From an uncultured Roseivirgaceae bacterium (lineage in GTDB: Bacteria; Bacteroidota; Bacteroidia; Cytophagales; Cyclobacteriaceae): DNA of 64,000 nt. Positions 1-8,500 of this stretch are shown here, in pieces. The first letter of the stretch is position 1; each line of letters begins with the position of its first letter. The notes beneath the pieces are model-generated. The model did not search any database and had not been told where the DNA came from. It saw nothing but the letters and a program-made list of their open reading frames with translations. Both the position numbers and the translations under genes were made by a program. Location: the NCBI GenBank assembly GCA_964563925.1, contig CAZLZD010000021.1, positions 4,848 through 68,847 on the forward strand, in the 5' to 3' direction.

Positions 1-455
1 CTGAGTTGCTCATTGGTCAGCATGTGGTTGCCGCCCCGATTCTTAAAGGAAGCTCTATCGAGGTTATGCCCACCGGATATCTCCTGATCGGAAACGAAAG
101 AAATTCATCGGTCGCCTACATGAGCAATACCAACCCTATTCCGGCTGACAAGTTCGCCGTGGCTGCTTCGACAGCCATGGCCGGAGAAATGCTTGGACTT
201 AGGCTCATATACCTTGATGGCGGAAGCGGTGCACGTGAGTGTATTCAGCCACGCATGATAATGACAGTAAGAAAAAATATCAGTTGCCCACTGATCGTTG
301 GTGGAGGAATAGACAGCAAAGAAAAAGCCCGCAATGTTCTGCGGGCAGGAGCCGACCTCATAGTCGTTGGAAATGCACTGGAGAAGGATCCCAATGTCCT
401 CATTCCGATTTCCGAGGCAATTTATGAATGCAACCAGGTCAAAGACCTGCGCTAG
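1..455 (+). CDS. Geranylgeranylglyceryl / heptaprenylglyceryl phosphate synthase family protein (GGGPS/PcrB), C-terminal ~150 aa; 5-prime end lies outside the window
   Basis: Frame is open from the window edge to TAG 453-455. Family hallmarks are present: LIYLDGGSGA, PLIVGGGI, ADLIVVGNA. Confidence 0.8.
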   Translation, partial: ELLIGQHVVAAPILKGSSIEVMPTGYLLIGNERNSSVAYMSNTNPIPADKFAVAASTAMAGEMLGLRLIYLDGGSGARECIQPRMIMTVRKNISCPLIVGGGIDSKEKARNVLRAGADLIVVGNALEKDPNVLIPISEAIYECNQVKDLR

Positions 456-1327
456 ACGTTCATCAGGGTCTCGCGCTTGCGCATCTTACCGGCAGGAATA
501 CCGTACATCATTTTAAATCGGCGACAGAAATAGGCAGTGTCCTTGTATCCGCAGGCTTTACCTATATCCCGAATGCTCATTTTCGTGGTACGCAGCAACT
601 CTACCGCATACTCCATACGCTGATATTCGATGTAATCCTGTGGGTTTATCCCGGTTAACGTCTTAAAATATTGCCCCACATAATCCTCGGAAACATCCGC
701 CACTTCCGAAAGCTTTTTATTGGTCAACTCACCACCAAGGTTTTCCTTGATGTATTTCAACAGTGAGATTAACCGCGGATCCTTGAAGTAAGTGGAATTA
801 GTAGCTATCTGTTCAACAAACAACTGATTATCCAGGATATGCCTCACAATCTCAATACACAGTAATTCGGTACGTAATTTTATAACCCTCTGGTTACCCG
901 GTACATCACTGTGCTGCTCCTTCATTATCTCATATAAAAGCTGATTTACGCGACTGTTTTCGATTTCAAAGGGAGGAATGTCGAGCGTGGTGAAGAAATT
1001 AATGGTATCAAATACCTTGGTTTCGAAGACAACAATGGCAAATTCTGCGATCGGTGAAACGTCATCATCATTTTTGGAACGAAAAAACTCTGCCTGCCTG
1101 AAGCTGAATTCCTCCAGCGAAAGCTCCGGCATATTTTCGTTCTTGCTCCCAAAACTCAGGTATGTATCTTTACCGGCAGGGAGAAATATCGCATGCCCCT
1201 CCTGCAATACCTCACGGTCCGCACCAAAGGTCAGAACCCCCCGCTTGAGAATTATTAACGCGCTGTCGGTTTCCTTGAAGTCAGGAATGATAAACGGGCG
1301 CGTTACGTAGATGTTATTCGATTTCAA
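452..1327 (-). CDS. AraC family transcriptional regulator
   Basis: 291 aa with a TTG start. The C-terminal half is an AraC/XylS double HTH (LSEVADVSEDYVGQYFK ... IRDIGKACGYKDTAYFCRRFKMMYG); the N-terminal half is cupin-like. Confidence 0.85.
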   Translation of the reverse strand: MKSNNIYVTRPFIIPDFKETDSALIILKRGVLTFGADREVLQEGHAIFLPAGKDTYLSFGSKNENMPELSLEEFSFRQAEFFRSKNDDDVSPIAEFAIVVFETKVFDTINFFTTLDIPPFEIENSRVNQLLYEIMKEQHSDVPGNQRVIKLRTELLCIEIVRHILDNQLFVEQIATNSTYFKDPRLISLLKYIKENLGGELTNKKLSEVADVSEDYVGQYFKTLTGINPQDYIEYQRMEYAVELLRTTKMSIRDIGKACGYKDTAYFCRRFKMMYGIPAGKMRKRETLMNV

Positions 1328-1480
1328 ATAACGTATCCCGAGAGATTCGATAATTTAGTTGTAATCTTCCATTAATCCTCCGTATTATTAAGCTAATTGT
1401 ACATAAATATAGAAAGGCAAAAAATTCTCTGCATTATTTCAAGATTAATTGACCTATTTAAAGATAAGTTAACATTGGAT

Positions 1481-2623
1481 TTACTTTCCGAGCAGATGTC
1501 TGCTGATCACAATACGTTGAATCTCTGACGTTCCTTCATAAATCTGGGTAATCTTAGCATCCCGCATAAGCCGTTCCACGTGATATTCTTTAACATAGCC
1601 GTAACCTCCATGTATCTGAACTGCTTCCACCGTTGTATCCATGGCAACCTGTGAAGCATAAAGCTTGGCCATGGCACTCGCGTGTGCATAATCCTTGCCA
1701 CTGTCTTTCAGGTAGGCTGCTTTCAGGCAAAGGAGACGAGCGGCTTCTATCTGGGTGGCCATATCCGCCAGCTTGAACTGGATTGCCTGGTGTTTGGATA
1801 TTTCTTTTCCAAACGCCTTTCGTTCTTTGGAATATGCCAGCGCCAGTTCGTATGCCCCGGAAGCGATCCCCAGGGCCTGTGCAGCGATCCCGATTCTCCC
1901 TCCATTCAGCGTGGCCATGGCAAAATTAAACCCAAAGCCATCCTCGCCGATCCGGTTTTCCTTCGGTACCCTGACATCCTGGAACATAAGTGAATGGGTA
2001 TCTGATCCGCGAATACCCAGTTTGTCTTCCTTTTTCCCGACCACAAAGCCTTCCATATCCTTTTCAACGATAAGGGCATTGATTCCCTTGTGCCCGGCTT
2101 CCGGATTTGTCTGAGCCATTACCAGGTAGACGCTGGCGCTGTTGCCATTGGTGATCCAGTTTTTGGTACCATTCAGCAGGTAATAATCTCCCTTGTCCTC
2201 CGCGGTAGTCCGCTGGCTGGTAGCGTCAGATCCGGCCTCCGGCTCCGACAGGCAGAACGCACCGATGATCTCGCCGGTTGCAAGCCTGGTCAGATACTTT
2301 TCTTTCTGGGCTTCATTCCCAAACTTTTCAAGTCCCCAGCATACAAGTGAATTATTGACAGACATGGCCACAGAGCAACTTGCATCTATCTTTGAGATCT
2401 CCTCCATGGCCAGGACATAGGAAACCGAATCCATGCCCCCGCCATTATATTTCGGGTCGACCATCATTCCCATGAAACCAAGTTCTCCCATCTTCTTGAT
2501 CTGCTCTGCCGGAAATTGCTGTTTTTCATCACGCTCAATTACCCCGGGCAATAACTCCATCTTCGCAAAATCACGAGCCGCGTCTCTAACGGCCAGTTGC
2601 TCTTCTGACAGCTCAAAATTCAT
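1481..2623 (-). CDS. Acyl-CoA dehydrogenase (short-chain/butyryl-CoA type)
   Basis: 380 aa with motifs GAFCLSEPEAGSD and the C-terminal YEGTSEIQR. Length and overall pattern are typical of the ACAD family. Confidence 0.93.
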   Translation of the reverse strand: MNFELSEEQLAVRDAARDFAKMELLPGVIERDEKQQFPAEQIKKMGELGFMGMMVDPKYNGGGMDSVSYVLAMEEISKIDASCSVAMSVNNSLVCWGLEKFGNEAQKEKYLTRLATGEIIGAFCLSEPEAGSDATSQRTTAEDKGDYYLLNGTKNWITNGNSASVYLVMAQTNPEAGHKGINALIVEKDMEGFVVGKKEDKLGIRGSDTHSLMFQDVRVPKENRIGEDGFGFNFAMATLNGGRIGIAAQALGIASGAYELALAYSKERKAFGKEISKHQAIQFKLADMATQIEAARLLCLKAAYLKDSGKDYAHASAMAKLYASQVAMDTTVEAVQIHGGYGYVKEYHVERLMRDAKITQIYEGTSEIQRIVISRHLLGK

Positions 2624-2685
2624 CGTGTATCTATATTTTTTATGTTGTGAGTAAAATAAAAGGACCTCGAAAATTCGAAGCCCTT

Positions 2686-2693
2686 CAAAAATA
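2686..2693 (-). promoter_or_regulatory. Bacteroidota-type -7 promoter box TATTTTTG upstream of the acyl-CoA dehydrogenase gene
   Basis: Exact match to TAnnTTTG on the minus strand, 63 nt upstream of the start at 2623. Confidence 0.4.
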
Positions 2694-2714
2694 CAATTTT
2701 CTGATCAAAGGTGC

Positions 2715-3407
2715 TTAATCCCTGCCACCCAGAAAAAGGCTGACATAATAGAGGAGAGTAACCAATGATCCGACCGCCGCAACCACGTACGTCATAGCAG
2801 CCCATTTCAGTGCATCCCTGGCCATTCCATGCTCTTCATGCGTCACAATATCACGTTGTTTTACCCAGGCCAAAGCGCGTTTACTGGCATCAAATTCGAC
2901 AGGCAGCGTGACGAACGCGAAGAGGGTGAACACCCCGTAACAGGCAATTACAACCAGTAAAGCGGTCTGCCAGGGTATCAGGTTGCCGATCAGCACTCCT
3001 CCGAATAACATAACCATAAAGACAATGTTTATCACCTTGGCGCTGGCATTCTGTATGGGCACCATGGCTGAACGGAACTGCAGCATGCTGTACGCATTGG
3101 CGTGCTGCACCGCATGGCCGCATTCATGGGCCGCAATGGCAGCGGCGGCTGCGTTTCTTCCATGGTAAACAGCCTCACTGAGGTTGACGGTTTTGTTTGC
3201 CGGGTTATAATGGTCGGTCAGCTGTCCGCCTACCGATATAACCTCCACATCGTGAATATTATTATCAGCCAGCATCAGCCGGGCCACCTCGGCCCCCGAC
3301 AAGTTTCGATTGAGCGGGATCTTTGAATATTTCCTGAACTTACTTTTCAGCCTGGAGCTGACCGCGAAGCTCAGTATCCCGAAACCAATGATGATTATCC
3401 AGATCAT
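2715..3407 (-). CDS. Putative membrane zinc metallopeptidase (Zn_peptidase_2-like)
   Basis: 230 aa with an N-terminal TM helix, an HExxH motif (HECGHAVQH) and C-terminal TM helices. Confidence 0.8.
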   Translation of the reverse strand: MIWIIIIGFGILSFAVSSRLKSKFRKYSKIPLNRNLSGAEVARLMLADNNIHDVEVISVGGQLTDHYNPANKTVNLSEAVYHGRNAAAAAIAAHECGHAVQHANAYSMLQFRSAMVPIQNASAKVINIVFMVMLFGGVLIGNLIPWQTALLVVIACYGVFTLFAFVTLPVEFDASKRALAWVKQRDIVTHEEHGMARDALKWAAMTYVVAAVGSLVTLLYYVSLFLGGRD

Positions 3408-3419
3408 AGTATATGCTTA

Positions 3420-3902
3420 TTATAATGATTTTATACGTTCAATAAAGGAAGTGGTTGAGAATCCCTCGGTAAAAGGAATTGTTTCCACCTCTCCACCGCT
3501 TTCCATCACAATATCCGCACCAACTATATTTTCTGCCAAATAGTCACCCCCCTTTACTAAAATGTCAGGTTTAACGAGCTGGATCAGGTTATAAGGGGTG
3601 TCTTCATCAAAAAATACCACGGCATCGACAAACGCCAGCGCGGCCAGGGCGCGGCTGCGTGTGTAATTATCATTCACGGGCCGGCTACTTCCTTTCAGGC
3701 GACGGACCGAGTCATCACTGTTGAGTCCGACAATCAGGCGGTCTCCAAGGTTTCTGGCTTGCTCGAGGTAATCAAGATGGCCCACATGGATAATGTCAAA
3801 ACAGCCATTGGTAAAAACGACCTGTTTGTCGTTATTCTTCCAGCGCGTAATCTTTCGCCCCAGTTCCTGCAGATTCAGGATTTTCCTTCTTGTTGCTTTC
3901 AC
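3420..3902 (-). CDS. Cytidylyltransferase-fold adenylyltransferase, RfaE domain II-like (D-glycero-beta-D-manno-heptose 1-phosphate adenylyltransferase type)
   Basis: 160 aa with a GTG start at 3902. Signature [21 protein letters not shown] is present and the length matches stand-alone RfaE domain II proteins. Confidence 0.8.
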   Translation of the reverse strand: MKATRRKILNLQELGRKITRWKNNDKQVVFTNGCFDIIHVGHLDYLEQARNLGDRLIVGLNSDDSVRRLKGSSRPVNDNYTRSRALAALAFVDAVVFFDEDTPYNLIQLVKPDILVKGGDYLAENIVGADIVMESGGEVETIPFTEGFSTTSFIERIKSL

Positions 3903-4938
3903 GGTTTAATTGGTCTTTTACTGTCTGACTTAAAATTAAGGATATGGCACCAACTATAATAATAACCAGCGTTTGCCATCCGTGAAAAATAAAGGTAAAG
4001 GCAACTGCCTGTTCCTGCGGAAGCGAATAGAGCATTACCAGTCCCAGTGGCACCAGGATATGAAAGCTGCCTGCACCTCCCGGTAAAGGCAGGGCCATGG
4101 CGATCCCGCCGATCACGAAAATGGTAAGTGCAGCAAAAAATCCAAGCCTGGCGGTTTCCGGGAAAGCCAGCATTACGAGGTACATCATAAAATAATAAAG
4201 CACCCAGATCAACACACTGTAGAAAATGAAAAGACCGCGTTTCTCCAAACGGAAAACACTCAGTAATCCGCTTTTCAGTCCGCGGAGCGCCTTTCGCGTT
4301 TTGCTCATCACCCGGAGAGCGAGAAACTTGCGGGAACGATAAAAATACCTGGCAAGGAAATATAATGCGGCAATAAAAACGATAGCCCCGATCCCCAGCA
4401 TCCAGTAAAACCGGCTGTTGGTGCTCCCCCCCCTGCCACTCAGTTCCTTGATCTGGTCAGACTGAAAAAAGTACAAAAGGTTATCCAGTTCAATCAGAAA
4501 GGAGACCGCGATCAGGGTGATCAGGAAAAACAGGTCAATAACCCTTTCGGCAACGACGGTCCCCAGTGAAACCTCCACCGGAGCCCCGTTGAGCCGGTAC
4601 AGGTTGTAGCACCTGGAAACCTCACCACCGCGGGGGATTACCAGGTTGATAAAGTAACCCACCATGACAGACAGGAATCCGTGCAGGGTGGAGGCCTTCT
4701 CCCCGACCGGGTGCAAAAGGAGCTTCCAGCGTTCGGCCCGAATCAGGTGTGACAGGATAGCTGCCACGGCGGAAGCAAACAAAAAAGGCTTGTCGGCCGA
4801 CTTCCAAACCTCTACCAGAAATCCCCATTTGGACTGCCCCTCTTCCACTTCAATATTGATGAAGGAAAGCCACAGGAGGAACCCTGTGACGGCAATCATC
4901 AGGGCATATTTAAGGATTTGCGTTCCTCTCTTGCGCAT
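3832..4938 (-). CDS. Polytopic membrane protein, lysylphosphatidylglycerol-synthase-TM / UPF0104 flippase-like family
   Basis: 368 aa with about 8 hydrophobic helices and an N-terminal basic stretch. The pattern fits UPF0104. The 3-prime end overlaps the next gene by 71 nt. Confidence 0.7.
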   Translation of the reverse strand: MRKRGTQILKYALMIAVTGFLLWLSFINIEVEEGQSKWGFLVEVWKSADKPFLFASAVAAILSHLIRAERWKLLLHPVGEKASTLHGFLSVMVGYFINLVIPRGGEVSRCYNLYRLNGAPVEVSLGTVVAERVIDLFFLITLIAVSFLIELDNLLYFFQSDQIKELSGRGGSTNSRFYWMLGIGAIVFIAALYFLARYFYRSRKFLALRVMSKTRKALRGLKSGLLSVFRLEKRGLFIFYSVLIWVLYYFMMYLVMLAFPETARLGFFAALTIFVIGGIAMALPLPGGAGSFHILVPLGLVMLYSLPQEQAVAFTFIFHGWQTLVIIIVGAISLILSQTVKDQLNRESNKKENPESAGTGAKDYALEE

Positions 4939-4944
4939 ACAGAA

Positions 4945-5295
4945 TCAATCGGTAAGCCGATTTTGGTTATCGGGAAATATTATGGTTGGCTGGAATGATT
5001 TGGCCTCTTCAAATTCCATGGAAGCATAGGATATTATGATGATTACGTCACCGACCTGTACCCGACGGGCGGCCGGACCGTTCAGACATACCTGACCGGA
5101 ATCCCTTTCCCCCTTGATCACATAGGTTTCAAGCCGCTCACCGTTATTTATATTGACGATCTGCACCTTCTCCCCTGCTATTATGTTTGATGCCTCCATC
5201 AGTGTCTCATCAATCGTAATGCTTCCTACGTAGTGAAGCTCTGCCTGAGTGACTTTAACACGATGGATTTTAGACTTTAATACTTCTATGAACAT
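4945..5295 (-). CDS. panD: Aspartate 1-decarboxylase
   Basis: 116 aa. N-terminus is [30 protein letters not shown], with the self-processing G-S site in YVGSITID. Confidence 0.97.
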   Translation of the reverse strand: MFIEVLKSKIHRVKVTQAELHYVGSITIDETLMEASNIIAGEKVQIVNINNGERLETYVIKGERDSGQVCLNGPAARRVQVGDVIIIISYASMEFEEAKSFQPTIIFPDNQNRLTD

Positions 5296-5299
5296 ACCA

Positions 5300-6148
5300 T
5301 TATGACCCTCCGAGGATCAGGTTATCTATTAATCTTACATTATCGACATAGGCCGCCACACATAGCGCAACCTTTTTCCCATCAAAATGGTTCGACATCC
5401 GCTCCAAAGATTCCGCATCAACGGCTTCAAAGTATTCCGGCTTTAACCCGTTACCGGTCAAATAGTTCAGGCCGTCTTCACGCACCGATTCCCAATTGTC
5501 GCCGCCGGAAAGCCGACGGGCCGAATCCTGCAGCATCCGGTAAATACTGGAGGCCGTGTCAAAACCGGCTTCAGAAAGCCGCTGATTACGTGATGACATG
5601 GCGAGTCCGCTCTGCTCACGATATATGGGCACACATCGCAGGTCTACCGGAAACCCAAGGTCTGCCACCAGTTTGCGAATGATCAGGAATTGCTGCAGAT
5701 CCTTCTGGCCAAAATATGCCCGGTCGGGTTTTACCGCATTCAGTAATTTGGAGACCACCAGTGCCACCCCGTTAAAATGCCCTGGCCTGAACTCCCCCTC
5801 CATCATGCTGTCCATCTCCCCAAACTGAAAAGCCACTACCGGCTTGTCAGGATACATGTCTTCATCGGCTGGCACAAATACGGCATGAGATCCGGCAGAA
5901 GCAAGCATGTTCAGGTCTTTTTCCTCCTGCCTTGGATAATTCTCCAGGTCTTCGGCATTATTGAATTGAGTGGGATTGACATATATGGTACTCACCACAA
6001 TGTCGTTTTCCTCCAGGGCGTGATCCAGTAACGACATGTGTCCCTGATGAAGCGCTCCCATGGTAGGCACCAGGCCGATGGTACGGCCCGCGCATTTATG
6101 TGCAAAAAGGTATTTTCCCAAAGAATTGATATCTCTGAAAACCTCCAT
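5300..6148 (-). CDS. panC: Pantoate--beta-alanine ligase
   Basis: Motifs [11 protein letters not shown] and FGQKDLQQ. The start is set at ATG 6148 (MEVFRD...) because a TACTTTTG -7 box at 6181-6188 lies inside the longer 6205 ORF. Confidence 0.93.
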   Translation of the reverse strand: MEVFRDINSLGKYLFAHKCAGRTIGLVPTMGALHQGHMSLLDHALEENDIVVSTIYVNPTQFNNAEDLENYPRQEEKDLNMLASAGSHAVFVPADEDMYPDKPVVAFQFGEMDSMMEGEFRPGHFNGVALVVSKLLNAVKPDRAYFGQKDLQQFLIIRKLVADLGFPVDLRCVPIYREQSGLAMSSRNQRLSEAGFDTASSIYRMLQDSARRLSGGDNWESVREDGLNYLTGNGLKPEYFEAVDAESLERMSNHFDGKKVALCVAAYVDNVRLIDNLILGGS

Positions 6149-6180
6149 CAGTACAGACACGGTTGGTGACAAAATGGTCG

Positions 6181-6188
6181 CAAAAGTA
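6181..6188 (-). promoter_or_regulatory. -7 promoter box TACTTTTG for the panC-panD operon
   Basis: Exact TAnnTTTG on the minus strand, 33 nt upstream of ATG 6148. Confidence 0.5.
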
Positions 6189-6231
6189 GCTTTTTCCAAA
6201 TACAAAAGATGGATTAAAGGTAAAAAATTTG

Positions 6232-6239
6232 TATTTTTG
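6232..6239 (+). promoter_or_regulatory. -7 promoter box TATTTTTG for the glycogen-synthase-like gene
   Basis: Exact TAnnTTTG, 35 nt upstream of ATG 6274 and divergent from the panC promoter. Confidence 0.5.
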
Positions 6240-6273
6240 TGTCTTGTTTTAGCAAATCAAATCCCATTTACAT

Positions 6274-7080
6274 ATGTCAAAACTTCGTATTCTTTATGTA
6301 GCCAGCGAGATCAACCCATTTCTTAAGACTTCTGATGTTGCAGAATTTGTAAGAAAGCTCCCGCAGGCTATGCAGGAAAGAGGCATGGAGATCAGGATTC
6401 TTGTACCAAGATTCTGACTGATCAATGAGCGTAAGAACAGATTACATGAAGTGGTAAGACTGTCGGGCATTAATATACCTGTTGGTGAGGAAGAAAAACC
6501 ATTGATAATCAAGGTGGCTTCCATTCCAAATGCCAAACTGCAGGTTTACTTTATCGATAACGAGGATTATTTCCACCGGAAATTTGTCTTCCATGATAAG
6601 GAAAATAACTTTTATGATGATAATGACGAACGCGCCATTTTCTTCTGTAAAGGTGTGATTGAGACTGTAAAGAAACTTGGATGGGCACCTGATATCGTGC
6701 ATTGCAACGACTGGATGACAAGTCTTATTCCGTTGTATCTCAAGACGACATACAAAAATGATCCGCTGTTTAAAAACACGAAAACGGTTTTCACCGTATA
6801 CGATAATGCCTTCAAGCATAAGTTCAGTGAAGACCTGCTTGACAAGGTAAAGATGATGGATATTGAAGACAGCATGCTGGCAAACCTTAAATCGGCTGAT
6901 TACAAAGGTTTTATCAAGCTGGGCATGGAATTTTCCGATGCCATCATCAAAGCGGAAGATAACAGCACCCTGAACGGGATGTTTGAGGAGATGACTGAGG
7001 AGAAAAAATTCGAAGTAATTGAAAAAGACGACAACTTTACAGATTCATACTACAATCTATATAATGAACTTGCGGGCTAG
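6274..7080 (+). pseudogene. Short glycogen-synthase-like protein (N-terminal Glyco_transf_5-type domain only) interrupted by an in-frame TGA at 6415-6417
   Basis: ATG 6274 gives MSKLRILYVASEINPF...RILVPRF, then TGA, then LINERKNRLHEVVRLSG... in the same frame to TAG 7080. The ORF track only reports the part starting at GTG 6451. Confidence 0.75.
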
Positions 7081-8494
7081 GAACTTAGGGCTGGTACTCG
7101 TATCAGCCCTACTATTTTTTTCGTGCGGAAACGATGATCTTAATACAATTGGACTCCCCCCTGAAAATAACCTGGGGATTTTTTTTGCGGAAATTCCATT
7201 AAACAATGCGGTGTCCCAGGTTTGGGTAAACGACATTAACGCCCGGGGAAGCGGTGTGGTAATGGCGGGAAGTTATCTTGACCCGGTCCTTGGTGAGATT
7301 TCCGCCCAGAACTTTTCGGAACTGTTGCTACCCTCGGCAAACCCGGGACGACTGCTCGGGCCGGATGCCACCCTGGATTCCCTGGTACTTGAAATGCGGA
7401 TCGGAAATGTGTACGGGGTAAACCTGGCCAACACGCAGACTATTGAACTCTACCAGCTACAGGATACAATCCGTACGTTTGAGACCACCTACACCAACGA
7501 GGACAACCAGCCGGTAGGCATGAAGCTCGGGGAAGAATCCTTCCGGATTTACACTGATTCCCTGGATCTCCTGTTCTCCGACACGAACCTGCCCGACTCG
7601 TCGGACCAGCGCTCGCGTTATGACAATCAGGGCAGGTATATTTACAAAACGAACTTCAGGATTGATGATGCCTTTGCGCAGAACTTCTTTACTGAAATGA
7701 AGGACACCACCTCCAATTCCAACTTTAGTGATAACCGGAACTTTTCGGCCTTTCTGAAAGGATTCAGGCTGAACGGTGTTCCCGGGAATTCTGCCGTGAT
7801 CGGTTATAATCCCACCAGCTCGTTTTCGGCCCTTGTCCTCTACTATACCCAGACGGAGGAAGGCAATCCGGTCCAGAAGACCATAAGATTTACCTATAAT
7901 ACCCAGATATCCTACAATAATATCACGCCAAATGCCGAAGTAAACTGGAGTGGGGGTGATCTGGACGGGCTCACCAGTTTCTACACTCCTTATACGCCGG
8001 AAACGGATGCAGCTTACCTCCAGGCCGGCACCCAGCTGTTCATGATGCTGGATATGTCACCTTTCACAAACTTTGCCGACACGCTGCAAAATCCTATCAT
8101 TCAGGGTGCCCAGCTGGTCCTCAAATCACCGAGGAAATACCCGGGGGATAACATTCGCCTGCCGGTACCTGAATCCCTGAACATTTCAGTTACTTCCCTG
8201 GATTCCCTCGAGACGGGTAATATTTCGAATACCCAGGAAGTATTCAGTGATATCCGTGTTCCAAACGTGATCGGGTATAATGACGAGGACGATCTTTACA
8301 AAGTGGAGATCCCTGTGTATCTTCAAACCCTTGTAGATAAGACCAATAAATATGACCAGATCATATTTTCTCCGGTTACCGAAGACCCGTTCAATGGTGC
8401 CCTTAAACAGGACAACGGCTCCTTTGACCGTCTGGTGCTGGAAAAATCAAATATCTACATCAGGTTATATTATACATTACCCAACGCCAATTAA
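7064..8494 (+). CDS. Lipoprotein, DUF4270-like (conserved partner of the short glycogen-synthase-like gene in Bacteroidota)
   Basis: The start at ATG 7064 gives MNLRARNLGLVLVSALLFFSCGN, a signal peptide plus lipobox Cys. Naming rests on gene order and size as I remember them for this family. Confidence 0.65.
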   Translation: MNLRARNLGLVLVSALLFFSCGNDDLNTIGLPPENNLGIFFAEIPLNNAVSQVWVNDINARGSGVVMAGSYLDPVLGEISAQNFSELLLPSANPGRLLGPDATLDSLVLEMRIGNVYGVNLANTQTIELYQLQDTIRTFETTYTNEDNQPVGMKLGEESFRIYTDSLDLLFSDTNLPDSSDQRSRYDNQGRYIYKTNFRIDDAFAQNFFTEMKDTTSNSNFSDNRNFSAFLKGFRLNGVPGNSAVIGYNPTSSFSALVLYYTQTEEGNPVQKTIRFTYNTQISYNNITPNAEVNWSGGDLDGLTSFYTPYTPETDAAYLQAGTQLFMMLDMSPFTNFADTLQNPIIQGAQLVLKSPRKYPGDNIRLPVPESLNISVTSLDSLETGNISNTQEVFSDIRVPNVIGYNDEDDLYKVEIPVYLQTLVDKTNKYDQIIFSPVTEDPFNGALKQDNGSFDRLVLEKSNIYIRLYYTLPNAN

Positions 8495-8500
8495 ACAGTT

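Noticed and set aside
1355-1372. A mini-ORF, ATG GAA GAT TAC AAC TAA (minus strand), preceded by GGAGGA. It is in frame with the AraC gene, 9 codons upstream of its TTG start. This could indicate a second nonsense-interrupted gene.
   Set aside because: There is only a 1-in-3 chance expectation for being in frame, and the segment is too short to judge coding potential. A TTG start gives a normal-length AraC protein. It is noted only because of the TGA case at 6415.
6415-6417. The possibility that TGA is reassigned (Gly or Trp) in this organism.
   Set aside because: Many well-defined genes in the window terminate at TGA at the expected protein length (gltX 13519, galE 39599, rfbA 40474, cysN 46234, pheS 47259, pnuC 61564). 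No other gene shows an internal TGA.
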